A stretch of DNA of 64,000 nt, taken from positions 193,998,001 through 194,062,000 of the forward strand of contig NC_091474.1 of NCBI RefSeq assembly GCF_036971445.1, written 5' to 3'. The stretch comes from Narcine bancroftii (taxonomy: Eukaryota). How positions within the stretch are numbered: the stretch's first letter is position 1; the number at the start of each line of letters is the position of its first letter. The notes below the pieces were generated by a model. That model saw only the letters and a list, made by a program, of their open reading frames with translations, made no database searches and was not told the DNA's origin. Below, piece after piece: positions 51,560-64,000 of this stretch. A program made the translations under genes and the position numbers.

Positions 51560-53250
51560 TGGCTGAAGGCCCATGATCAATGGTGTTCCCCTTGCAATGT
51601 TGTTTGCGATAATATGTATATAAATAATGGTTGAAAATTTGGTGGATGGGTTGACAGGCAGATGACTCAAAGATTGGTGAAGCTGTGGACAGTGCAGAGG
51701 GCTATCAACAAATGCAGGATATTGATCATGTACAGTTATGGCCAGAGAAATGGTAGCTGGAGTTTAATCTGGACAAGCGTGAGATTTGCGTTTTGGAAGG
51801 TCAAAGGTAAGGGAAATGTATACAGTTAATGGCAGGACTTAAAAGCATTGATGTGCAGAAGCATCTGAAGGTACAGGTCCATAGGTCATGAAAAATGGCA
51901 CACAAATTGATAGGGTGGTAAAAAAGGCAAATGGAGTTACTGCGAGCTCCCATTTCATTTAGTGTGAGTATCACTTTAAGGGCTAGTACTGGCTGCAACC
52001 AGCCACAGCTGTAGACAGACTGAGTGGCAACAACTAGTATAGACTGGACCCAACTTTGCTATTTTGGAGAGGAGAAGGAACATATGTTGCTTTTTCCAAG
52101 AAAACAGGTGGTGAGAGTCATGTGGGTGAAACAATGAAGAAACAGGATATTAGTGACCACCAGCCATCTCATGGAACATGGAGGTGGAGTGACTCTGTGA
52201 AATAGACAATTCGGCCGATTCTCCCTGTCAGGGAAATAATTAAACCTCACTGTAATCAAAGGAAAAGTCACTTTGATTGATCCATACCTGGGTTTTGGAC
52301 GCATCATGGAAGTCACTTGGTTCACTTCCCCTACGCAAGGAAAAGGGGAGTTGTGACAACTGTTAGTACAAAAGGATCTTTTCTCTGGAAGAAACTTGAC
52401 AAGGATTTGTGAGTTTTCGGAAGTACAAAGACTCAGTCTCTCCCACCTCCTTTGTGATTACTTCTGTGCATCAGTTTAAAATGATTTTCCAGAATTGTGC
52501 CTAAGCTATAATAGTTTGATATCTCACACAAACACACTCAAGTACACTCACAGGTTGATTTGACTAATGTGTTATATTGTTAGTAGTTATCAATAAAAAT
52601 AGTGTTTTAAAAGACTAATATAACATTGCCTTGGTGAATCTCTATGGCTGCTGGTCTGTGACGTAACAGTATGCTTGTCTTAATTGGGAGGGGCATTGAG
52701 TACAAAAGTAAGGAAGGTATGTTGCAATTATATAAAACTTTGGTTTGGCTGGATTTGGTTTTGTGAGTAATTTTTGTTTGCCCCTTTACAGAAACAATGC
52801 AGAGGATTTGGAAAGGGTACCTTGGAAAGAGATTTATCAGAATGCTGCATGGATCAGAGGATACAAGCCATGAGAAGAGGTTAAAAAAAAAAGGGTTTTC
52901 TCTGCAGCATCAGAAGCTGAGGGGTGATCGGACAGAAGTTTATAAAATTATGAGGTATTGATTGATAGGTTAGGCAGAATCTTAGCCTCCCAGAAAAAAA
53001 ATACATCTTTGATGATATGACCTCAAAACTCCACTCCTCACTTTAAACACATGTGGGCCAAGTTTTATTTTTACAGAGAATAATTTGTGCCCAGAATGGG
53101 TTGCGAGGAGTAATGGTGGAAGAGATACAACAGTAGTATTTTAAGAGGCTTTCAATAGACACATGAAAACACAGGGAATAAAAAAGTAAGTTTTAGTTTA
53201 ACTTGGAACATCATGGTCTGAAGGCATGTTACTGTGCTATACTGTTTCAT
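51560..53250 (+). mobile_element. Degraded CR1 LINE 3' relic split by a solo LTR
   Basis: ADDSKIG, RVVKKA and GIEYKSKE motifs on either side of the LTR. Confidence 0.7.
51935..52668 (+). mobile_element. Solo LTR inside CR1
   Basis: (A)GTTAC...GTAACA termini, AATAAA near 52592; CR1 sequence resumes right after 52668. Confidence 0.65.
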
Positions 53251-53740
53251 ATTTTTAGCATTTGGTAAACTAAAATTGTTTTACAACATTTATCTGCTAT
53301 GACAGCAAGCATGCCTTCAAAATAAAATGAGTGTATATAAAAGAATGCACATTTTGAAGTGAAAAAGATACTGCAACAATCATCTTGAATACCTCTAGTC
53401 TAATGCAATCCCTCAGCCTTTGCAGCTCAAAGAAAACAGTCCCAGCCTATCCATTCTCTCCAAGTAACTCAAGTTTGCAGTAGGGACACTGGAGTACTAT
53501 GTACAGAAATAGATTCCAGAGAGCAGAGCAGTCCAAAAACAGGCCCTTCAATCCAAGATGTCTGCAGTACTCTCCTTCCAAAGCAGATATACTGCTTTGA
53601 ACATTGCTGGAGGAGATTGTTCACCAGGGGAAAGTAGCAGTAGCCAAATTCATGTTCTGCAAAACTGGAAAAGAGTGGCAGAGCTATGGTGGTAGGGGTT
53701 CATTGTAAAGGGAATAGAAAGGTGATTCTGTGCCCACAAA

Positions 53741-53998
53741 TAGGGCAGCATGGTTGGCATAGCAGTTAACACAATGCCTTTACAGCAGCAGCTATCAGAA
53801 CCAGGGTTCAAATCCCACACTGTTTATGTAAGGAGTTTGTACATTCTCCCCATGTCTGCATGGGTTTTCCCCAGGGGCTCTGGTTTCCTGCCACGGATTG
53901 AAACGTACCGGGGGTGTAAGTTAATTAGGTATAAATTAGATGTCACGAACTCTGGGCTGAATGGCCTGTTACCGAGGTGTATGTCTAAATTTAAAACG
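53741..53998 (+). mobile_element. tRNA-derived SINE (V-SINE/HE1-like)
   Basis: A-box-like TGGCATAGCAGTT, B box GGTTCAAATCC, core GGAGTTTGTACATTCTCCCCATGTCTGCATGGGTTTTCC. Confidence 0.75.
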
Positions 53999-54391
53999 AA
54001 GGGACCCCTGGTTAGTGTATTGCCTTGCACGTGCAAGGGCCAGGGATGTCTTGGAGCAGCTGCTGAGGACTTTGATTCAGGAGGGTTCACAGGTAGATAT
54101 TGTAGTGCATGGAAGCACCAACAATGCAGAAAAAAGCAGGATGAAGATCTGCAACCCTGAATTTAGGGAGATAAGAGATAACCTCAAAACAAGTAATCTC
54201 AAGATTAATGCCCGTGCCATGTGCTAACCTGAGTAGGAATGAATATGCGGCTTGAGCAATGGTGTAGGAGGGAGGGTTTCACATTTCTGGAGCATTTGAA
54301 CCATTTTAGGGGAGGTAGTATCCAGTACAAACCAGACGGTCAACACCTGGGCAGGAATGGCATCAATGTCCATCGGACACTGTTTGTTAGT

Positions 54392-54447
54392 TCTTCTTCT
54401 TTGGCTTGGCTTCGCGGATGAAGATTTATGGAGGGGTATGTCCACGT
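54392..54447 (-). mobile_element. 56-bp RTE insertion consisting only of the 3' UTR and (GAA)n tail
   Basis: Matches the 3' ends at 32287-32340 and 41758-41815; TSD CTGTTTGTTAGT at 54380-54391 and 54448-54459. Confidence 0.9.
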
Positions 54448-55404
54448 CTGTTTGTTAGTGCTGTTGCAGAAGATACAGAGACTAAAGCAACAATTGGAAA
54501 AGAGAAAAGTCAAAGTGCAGAACCAAAATGTTAAATGTAAAAGACACAAAGATGACTTGATTGTGAAAAGGATAATGAGTGCAATGGCACTTTGTGTGAA
54601 TGCTCGCAGTATGATCAAGATCAGTGACTAGTATAAAGGGGTACGATTTAGTAGATTGGAGGAATCAAGTTGGTTGAGGCAGCCTTTAGGACTTCCTCGA
54701 ATGCATTCTTGAATCTTCACAAAATAGCTTTCTTGAACAGCATGCTATCAAATCTACAAGGGAACATGCTATCTTGGAACTGGTCCTTTGCAATGAGACA
54801 GGTAAAATTAATGATCTTGTTGTTAGGGAAACTTTGCCTGTGATGCCCTAGTCTGTGTCCCACTACCTTTTGCAGGGCTTTACACTCATGGATATTGGGG
54901 ACCCACACAACAGACCATGATGTAGCCGGTCAGCACACTTTCTGCCATACATCCTTTATGGTAACAGATATTAGTAACAGATATTCATAAGGTGTACATG
55001 GGGGGGGGGGGGGGGCAGGGGCTCAGACCATTACAGTCCAAGTTCAAAAGTCCTAAAATAAAACTCCCAAAACAAAACTTCAAGTCAGTCACATCAAATC
55101 AGTCAGTCAAAAAGGAACATGTCACAGAGTCTGGTGTCCCGGCTTGGGATTCTTAGTTTGTTTGCACTCTGGTCTTTTAGTTGGATGTGGAGACAGATGG
55201 CCGTGATCACTGTAGACTTACAACTTTCCTGAGTTTCGAATGTGGCTACCACCTTTGATTTCTTCATATAGGTATTTTCACCCAGTGACATCCTAGTCAC
55301 TACACTAGGTTCACACCTCCAAAGCCCACTTTAGGGTTAACAAGTGACCTTCTGTCACACAAATCTTTCTCTCTAAAAACCCAGTCTTGGGTCTTTGCCA
55401 TTCT

Positions 55405-56852
55405 AGTTTGTGCTGAACCATTTTTTTTTGCCTTATTCCATTAACCTGCTCCCAGTCCATAGCCATCCAAATCTTTCCCATCCATGTATCTGTCCAAATT
55501 CCAAATTGTTCTTAAATATTAAAATTGAGTCTACATTCACCATCTCAACTGGCAGCTCGTTCCACTCCCACCACTCTCTGTGTGATGTTTCTCTCATGTT
55601 CCCCTAAACTTTTCCCCTTTCACTCTTAACCCATGACCTCTGGTTTGCACCTCACCTAACTTCAGTGGAAAAAGCCTATCTACATTAATTCTATTTGCCT
55701 TATAATTTTAAAGACCCCTATCAAATCTCCATTTATTCTTCTACGCTCCAGGGAATAAAGTCCTTACCCGTTTAACCTTTCCCTGTAACTCAGTTCCTGA
55801 AGTCCAGGCAACATCCGAGTGAATCTTCTCTGCACTCTTATTGATACCTTTCCTGTAGTTCAGTGACCAAAACTGCACAAAATATACCAAATTTGGCCTC
55901 AACAATGTCTCATATAATTTTACCATAACATCCCAGTTCCTATACTCAATATTTTGATTTATGAAGGCCAAAATGACAAAAGCACTCTTTACAACCCTAC
56001 CTGTGATGCCAATTTCAGGGAATTATCGATCTGTGTTTCCAGGCCCCTCTGTTCTATCGCATTCCTCAGTGCCTTACCATTCATTGTGTACATCACTTCT
56101 TAATTCGTCCTTCCAAAATGCAACCTCTCACAGTTGTCTGCTATTTTTCAGTCCATTTTTCTAGATATTTCTATAAGCTTTGAAAACCTTCTTCACCATC
56201 CACAACACCTCCAATCTTAGTGTCATCTGCAAACTTATTGATCCAATTTACCACATTATTATCCAGATCATTAAAATAGATGACAAGCAACAAATGTCCC
56301 AGCACTGATCCCTGAGGCACATCACTAGTCACAGGCCTCCAGTCTGAGAAGCAATCATTCATCACAACTCTTGGCTTCTCTCATCCAGCCACTGTTGAAT
56401 TCAGTTCACTACTTCACCATGAATACCTAGTATCTAAACCTTCCTCACTAACCTCCCTTATAGGACCTTGTCAAAGGCCTACTAAAGTCCATGTAGACAA
56501 CATCCACAGCCTTTCCTTCATCAACTTTCCTGGTAGCCTCCTTGGTTAAACATAACCTACCATACCATACACAAAGCCTTGGTGACTATCCCAAATCAGT
56601 TTCAGGCTATCCAAATAAGTGTATATCGGATCTCTTCAAACACCATCCAATAATTTACCCACTATTGATGCCAAATTCACTGGCCTATAATTTCTAGGGT
56701 ATATTTTGGAAATTAAAAAAAAAAACAACTGAACAACACAAGCTACCCTCTGGCACCACACCTGTGGCTAAGGACATTTTAAATACTTCTCGTCTAGCCT
56801 CCCTCAAGGTCCAAGGGAATATCTTGTCAGGCCCTGGGGATTTATCCACCCT
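55405..56852 (-). mobile_element. CR1 LINE RT relic
   Basis: VPQGSVLG...INKFADDTKIGG (ORF 56171); LYETLLRPNL..VQFWS (ORF 55741). Confidence 0.88.
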
Positions 56853-57574
56853 TAAAATGAAAAATCTTTCTTTCCTTGGTGCTGCCTGACTTGCTGAACA
56901 CTTCCAGCAAATGTTTTTTTTTTAATGAAAAATTGTTTTCCTCAAATCACCTCACATATACAGCCCACAGTGCAGCTCTGTAAACTAGACTAAATTTGTC
57001 AATGATTAAATTTATAAATGAGCATATAAATTTATACATTGATACGTGGTTGTATAATTTAATGAATGTAGATCACAACTAAAGGTTTGCATGAGTTTAT
57101 TGCATAATTCCCAAGTAATTATTCATGAATCTACTTCCAAGAATTAAATGCACTGATCTGGATATATAGTTATAAATTACAGTGTCATTTAATGTGAGAT
57201 GGATCATCTAAAAAAAAGGTATTCTGACGTTAGATATTGACATTTGCACTAGCAAAATAGAAACTTCATGACATCTTAACAACTTTTGAAAAGTGTGAAC
57301 TCATAAGTGAGCAACAGTTAATTAAGAACTGCCAATTGTTAAACCTTGTATATTTTACCTTTGCAGCAGATAATGGAATTTCAAATATTAAATACTTGGT
57401 TACTGTTCCATTCTTTATTTAAAATGTAAAGGATTCGAATGTTCCATAAACACAATATGCTGTTTGGAGAGGATCAGCCAATAATTCTGGTTTTCAAGAA
57501 GAGGTAGTACATTTAGATAGTACTCTTGAGGAGAGCAGCAACATATTTTTGCTAGCCTTTAAAAGTAGTCAATA

Positions 57575-59278
57575 GCCTCTTTTACACTTGCGTCCCACTA
57601 AATCGGTCGTGCAATGTCCCGGGATAGGAATAGTGTTTTTGCTGTTCACACTTGACCTCTCTTAACTGGGACAGTGCACTTGCAAGGAGCCATCCCCAGG
57701 GTTAGGACTGTTCTACCTTCTACCGGTGACATCATAACGCATCTAGTGATGTCATAATGCATCTAGCGATGGTGGACTTGTCCTAAATCCTGATCAATGT
57801 ATTATCTTAAATTGGAACAAAATTAATCATGCCCAATTATAACATAATTAAGCTTTATGTACAGCACAATATAAGCCCTTCAGCCCATTGTTGTGCCAAC
57901 CTATATAAACCTTTGTAAGGGACTGTGGAAAGTGCTACCAAAAAATAGCAATAGCGGACAATTTTTAAACAGTATGGGAAAGTTGGTTGCGTTATCGTGC
58001 ACAATTTATAGTGTGGGAAAGTTGGAGGCGCTATAGCGGACAATTTATAAATACTGCGGGGGAAAAAAGCGATGGCAGACCTGCCCTCCCAGAGTTCCAT
58101 GCAACAGAGAAAGGGCTGTATGCATGGCTGCAAGCACAGAGCATTAATGGAGGGGTTTCTCTGCCACACAGCATTCTGTTAAGTCAGGTCTGCCATTGCT
58201 TTTTCCTTAAGATCTTTATAAATTGTGCACTAACAACTTCCCACACTGTTTAAAAATTGTCGCTATTGCTATTTATTTCCTCTCTCTTCCCCACTGCAAC
58301 TTTCCCACGGCAAAGTTTATACCTTCATTTTAATCTTTACTTCCTTCACATTCCTGCAAAAACGTGGATCAATTCTATACAAGAAAGCAATTGCCTGTTC
58401 TACACTTGCTTGATAGTGTTACAGAGTTCTGTGTTGTGTGATTTTATGTTAAAAAGTGACAGTTTGCCTTAGAGAGCCAAGGTGAAGGTGGACTGTTGAG
58501 AGAGTGGGAGACAGACTGAGCATGTGCAGAAAATTATCTAAAAATTTCTGGACTTCGATGATAAACCACCACTGGGGGTGCTGTAGAGCAGAAGGAGGGC
58601 CGGAGCATGAGTCATGGTCTGGAGGACAGTTTAGAATGTTGGGATTTCAAAAAGGATGAACATTCTGAAGGCAGCCAGAAGGATCCGGACCAAGCCAGTG
58701 GTTCCTCTCTCTGCAAAAAACACAAGACAACTTCGAATTTTGTGCTCTCTCTCTCTCTCTCTCTCAAAGATTTTTTGGCTTCAGTTTATTGAACAAACTG
58801 AATTTTGTTTATGATCTTTGCTTCAGTTGAGATTGAAGTTTTGTGAGTCTTGTATGTTTTGTGTCTAAGTTTTTCTGTGGGCTGGTTGGAAATATAACTA
58901 AGACTTTAATTACATATGTTATATTTAAGCTGGGGAATTCATTAGTTTTACACTGTTATAGGAATTTGCATAGTAACCAGTGGGCATTGTTATAAAAGGG
59001 GGGATTTTTGAATTAAAGTTTGAAGGTGAATTTTTGTTAATAAAGTAATTGTTCATCTTTACCACTGTGTGATATGCCTTCTTTGTGGTTGCTGACTTGA
59101 TCTTGCAACAATAGCAACGTCGGCGTCTACAGACACCAGAGATTGCATTAGGATTTTATGGCAGTCTATCCATGGCGTGAGATGATGTCATCTCACGCTG
59201 GCATTGAGATGATTTTAATTCCACACTAGACCTTTTTTAGGCCAAATGGACGTTAATTCCTAGGACCACGCAAGTGTG
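57575..59278. mobile_element. Probable MITE hosting nested insertions
   Basis: Imperfect inverted termini ACACTTGCGT (about 57584) ... ACGCAAGTGT (about 59268-59277). Confidence 0.45.
58417..59110 (+). mobile_element. Solo LTR, 694 bp
   Basis: TGTTAC...GCAACA termini, exact 4-bp TSD ATAG (58413-58416 and 59111-59114), AATAAA at about 59039. Confidence 0.8.
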
Positions 59279-60549
59279 CGACAGTGTTTCAAAGTCCTAG
59301 CAGTTTTATTGCTGTCCCTTCAACTTAGGCATATTGACAGAATTTGTTTGCCACAAAATAGTTAGCAATACAATTGCAGCAGAAAAACAACAGCATTTTT
59401 TTTTTCTATAACTGTGTGATGAGCTGTCAGCAAGTACAACTTAAAATTTCAGTCATCTTCATCGTGTAAATTGGACAACTTTTTTTAGACGATGCTACAT
59501 CACTTTGTAACAACTATATAGAGGAATAAGCAATGCACAGTTCCTAAGATATTTTGAAAAAAATATAAACAGCATACAAATAAAAATGGATCGGTGCAAG
59601 AAGATTGGAGATCAGGTAACATGATTCCTAAATTTAATAAGATGAGCAGCATGAGTGATCAAAGTAGTACAGGAAAGACTCAATGGGTCAGGCAGCATCT
59701 ATTGGAAGAAATTATCAATCAGAATCAAATTATCAAAAAGAATGAACACCTGCTGAGCTGACTGGACTGATAGATACTGTGTTGTAAATGCAATATACAT
59801 ATTTTCATTTCATTAAACTTAAACTCCTGTTTCAAAAACTGATGCAAAAATGCTTGTTTCTGTATGGAAAAGTTCCAGTATTCTCAAAAATATGAACTTA
59901 CAACCCCTTTCTGAAAAAAGTTTCAGATCAAAACATTTACTAACACGTCAAGGAAAGAATCAGAAAGTGATATTTACATATATATTTTAAATGACAAATA
60001 GTTGGTTAATTAATTAGGAAAAAAAGCCTTGGTTTAAAGGGAGACTTAAATCAATCTATTTATCGGCATTAAGAGAGTTTAACAGTCACCTTCTGGTATA
60101 ATAAAGAAAGAACTGATTATTCATTATCCACAAGTCAACTGCAGAGTAGTTTGATACTTCACTATCTGATATCAATGACAAAAATGCAGGGTCCAGAGCA
60201 AAAATTATTCCAAATCCATACTTCAAAATCCAAACTATGCTATCTTCGTTTTGCTGCAATATTTGTTTCCTCTTTCAAAGTATAATCAATATCACCTGGC
60301 AACCAGAGCAAGAGAACAGATGCCCTATTGTTAAAGATAACCGAAGTGGAGAGTTTAATACAAATTAAATTCCCTGTAATTTGCATCACATTTGAAGAGC
60401 ATTTGGCCACTAAGCAGCATCAGCAAACAACATCTTTTCGCTCAGTGCTCTTTTCCTTACAAGATGGTGACTGGAGTTCTAAATGTGGTGATGTAGCAGC
60501 GGCTACTCTGCTCCAGACGGGTTGAGCTCAGTGAACAGACTAGTTTATT

Positions 60550-63500
60550 GAGGTAGGTGTGACCTGTACAAAAAGGACGGGTTGCATTTGAACCCCAGGT
60601 AGTGAGCATGGGGATTCTGGAGAGGACATTTGCTAGGGTTACTCAGGAGACTTTAAACTAGAATGGCTGGGGGGCAGGGAAGCAAATGAAGGAGAAAAGC
60701 AAGGAGAAGGTTAGAGTGCAATCAAAGAAAGCTTGTTGACAGTGCTTGAGGGGGGGAAAGGCAGGTGATAGAAAAGGGGGATGCTTTATACGAAGATGGA
60801 CAGAGGTCAATTGCAAAAGATCAGAAAAGAGGTGTTGGTAAAGATAGGGGCATAAAGGAACTAAAAAGTGGGAAATCTCTAAAATACATATATTTTAATG
60901 CTAGGAGCATTGTAAGGAAGGTGGATGAGCTGAAGGTATGGACTGACACTTGGAAGTATGACGTGGTGGTGATTAGTGAAACATGGTTACAGGAGGGATG
61001 AGGGATGTGACTGGCAGCTAAATATTCCTGGATTTAGATGCTTTAGGTGTGATAGAACCGGAGGGGGGGGGGGGGGGGTGGGGCAAGAGGGGATGGGGTT
61101 GCACTACTTAGAGAAAATATTACAGCAGTGCTTAGGTGCGATAGAATAAAAGACTCGTCCAAGGAGGCTATTTGGGTGGAATTGAGGAATGGGAAAGGGG
61201 AAGTTACCACCGAATGGGGAACGCGAATTAGAGGAACAAATTAGTAGGGAGATAGCAGATATTTGTAATACGCAGAGGGTAGTGAGCATGGGGGTTTTTT
61301 AATTTCCGAATATTGATTGGGAAACCCATTCCGTGAAAGGGCTGGATGGGTTGGAGTTTGTAAAATGTGTGCAGGATAGCTTTTTACATCAATACGTGGA
61401 GGTACCAACTAGAGAGGGAGCTGTGTTGGATTTACTGTTGGGGAATGAGATGGATCAGGTGACAGAGGTATGTGTGGGGGAGCACTTCGGGTCCAGTGAT
61501 CATAGTGCCATTAGCTTCAAGGTAATTATGGAAAAGGATAGGTCTGGGCCCAGAATTGAGGTTTTTGAGTGGGGAAAAGCTAGCTTTGAAGAGATGCGAA
61601 AGGATTTACAAGGGGTGAATTACAAGGGGCGTTTTCTGGGAAGGATGTAATAGAGAAATGGAGGGTCTTTTAAAGGAGAAGTTTTAAGAATACAATATCT
61701 TTATAAACCTGTTAGGTTGAAAGGTCAGGTTAAAGGTTTGAGAGAGCCATGGTTCTCAAGGGATATTGGAAACTTAGTTCGAAAAAAGAGGGAGTTCTAC
61801 AATAAATATAAGAAACAGGGTAAAAAGATGTTTGGGTATTATATTGAATGTAAAAAGAATCTTAAGAAAGAAATTAGAAAAACTAAAAGAAACTATGAGG
61901 TGGCTATAGCAAGCAAGGTGAAAATAAATCGAAATATTTTCTACAAATATGTAAATAGCAAAAGGAAAGTGAGAGATAAAATTGGTCCAATAGAGAATCA
62001 GAAAGGACAAATGTGTGTGGAGCCAAAAGAGATGAGGGAGGTCTTGACCAATTTATTTTCCTCAGTATTTACTGAGGAGAAGGATATTGAATTGTGCAGG
62101 GTAGAGAAAGCAAAAGTGGTATATATGGAGACTATAGCATTTAAGAAAGAGGTAGTACTGGGGGTTTTGAAACATATAAATGTGGATAAATTTCCAGGTC
62201 CTGACAGGATTTTCCCCAGGACCCTGAGAAATTAGTGAGGAAATAGCGGAGGCTCTGGTAGTGATTTTTCAAATGTCATTAGAGGCGCGTATTGTGCTGG
62301 AGCATTGGCGTGTTGCGCATGTGGTTTCTTTGTTTAAAAATGGTTCAAGGAGCAAGCCTAGCAATATCGGCCTGTAAGTTTGACGTCTGTGGAAGGTAAA
62401 TTGATGGAAAGCGTTCTTAGAGATAGTATATACAAGAATATGGAGGGACGGGGTCTGATCAGGGACACTCAACACAGATTTGTGCGTGGAAAGGCGTGTT
62501 TGACCAATCTTGTTGAATTTTTTGAAGATGTGACTAGGAATTTTGATGAGGGTAGAGCAGTGGATGTTGTCTATATGAACTTCAATAAGGCCTTTGATAA
62601 GGTTCCACTTGGGAGATTAGTTAGGAAGGCTAAGTACATGGGTATTAATTTGGAGATAATCAAATGGATTCAACAGTGGCTGGAAGGAAGGTGCCAGAGA
62701 GTAGTAGTAGATAATTGCTTGTCAGGATGGAGGCCGGTGACAAGCAGCATACCTCAGGGTTTGGGATTGGGACCGTTGGTGTTTGTCATATATATTAATG
62801 ATCTGGAGGATGGGGCAGTAAATTGGATTAGTAAATATGCAGATGATACTAAAATAGGGGGAATTGTGGATGATGAAGAGGGTTTTCAAAGATTGCAGAG
62901 GGATTTAAACTGATTAGAGGAGTGGGCAGAAAGATGGCAGATGGAGTTTAATGCTGATAAAGTGTGAGGTGCTTCATTTTGGAAAGAATAATCAAAGCAA
63001 GACATATGTGGTAAATGGGAGGGCATTGAAGAATGCAGTGGAGTAGAAAGATCTAGGAATAACGGTGCATTGTTTCCTGAAGGTAGGAGCGTATGTGGAT
63101 AGGGTGGTGAAGAAGGCCTATATAAATCAGTGCATGGAATATAGGAGTTGGGAAGTAATGATGAAACTGTACAAGGCATTGGTGAGGCCAAATTTGGAGT
63201 ACTGTGTGCAGTTCTGGTCACCGATTTATAGGAAGAATATTAACAAGATAGATAGAGTGCAGAGAAGATTTACGAAAATGTTGCCTGGGTTTCAGCATCT
63301 GGAATACAAGGAAAGATTGAGCAAATTAGGTCTTTATTCCTTGGAACGTAGAAGGCTGAGAGGGGATTTGATAGAGGTACTTAAGATAATGAGAGGGATA
63401 GATAGAGTTGAAGTGGAAAGGCTTTTAGGAAAGATTGAGCAAATTAGGTCTTTATTCCTTGGAACGTAGAAGGCTGAGAGGGGATTTGATAGAGGTGCTT

Positions 63501-63970
63501 AAGATAATGAGAGGGATAGATAGAGTTGATGTGGAAAGGCTTTTAGGAAAGATTGAGCAAATTAGGTCTTTATTCCTTGGAACGTAGAAGGCTGAGAGGG
63601 GATTTGATAGAGGTGCTTAAGATAATGAGAGGGATAGATAGAGTTGATGTGGAAAGGCTTTTCCCATTGAAAGTAGGAGAGATGGATACAAGAGGTCATG
63701 GGTTGAGAGTTGATGGGCAAAGGTTTAAGAGTAACATGAGGGGGAACCACTCTCTGTGGTTACTGTGTGGAATGGGCTTCCAGGAAAGGTGGTGGAGGCA
63801 GGGTCAATTTTGTTATTTAAGAAAGAGTTGGATAAGTATATGGATGGGAGGGGGATGGAGGGATATGGGCAGAGTGCTGGTAAGTGGGATCAAAAGAGGG
63901 TATTTGGATCAGTGCAGACTAGAAGGGCCAAATTGGCCTGTTTCCGTGCTGTAATTGTTATATGGTTATA
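60550..63970 (+). mobile_element. CR1 LINE: end of ORF1 plus degenerate ORF2 (APE and RT) and 3' tail
   Basis: YKKDGLHLN, YFNARSI, ISETWL, FGSSDH, YMNFNKAFDKVP, SKYADDTKIGG, LEYCVQFWSP. Confidence 0.93.
63309..63662 (+). repeat. 118-bp tandem triplication inside the CR1 element
   Basis: AGGAAAGATTGAGC starts at 63309, 63427 and 63545. Confidence 0.92.
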
Positions 63971-64000
63971 CAATTTCAGGCATCTAAAAGAGACTCATAT

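Larger units (their letters stand above)
53560..54835 (+). mobile_element. CR1 5' relic (ORF1 SGNH-esterase region and start of ORF2) with SINE and RTE insertions
   Basis: IVVHGSTNN (HxGTND-like), EQWCRREGFTFL, YKPDGQHL, then LCVNARS. Confidence 0.7.

Noticed and set aside
53741-53830. tRNA gene
   Set aside because: The A and B boxes are followed by a V-SINE core and no convincing cloverleaf forms; this is a SINE head.

Overview
Repeat-rich, AT-rich vertebrate genomic DNA. The CR1/Rex1/Penelope/V-SINE mix suggests a cartilaginous fish (inference). The only host gene I can support is an intact GPR63 orphan GPCR coding exon (22517-23764, minus strand), with a splice acceptor 173 nt upstream of the ATG, four upstream ATGs, and an unusual CSAP in place of the TM6 CWxP motif. 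Nearly all other ORFs in the track are transposon relics (Gypsy, L1, CR1, Rex1/Babar, RTE, Penelope, solo LTRs, MITEs) or translations of tandem repeats. The most striking structure is a young, near-complete RTE-clade LINE (41758-47224) bounded by an 11-bp target-site duplication (TSD). Its 5' half is inverted with twin-priming geometry, and one in-frame 15-bp coding unit (STSSP) has expanded to about 144 almost perfect copies. A second G-rich 29-bp minisatellite grew from one arm of a palindromic MITE. I found no evidence for a new multi-gene system. Boundaries of old relics are approximate.
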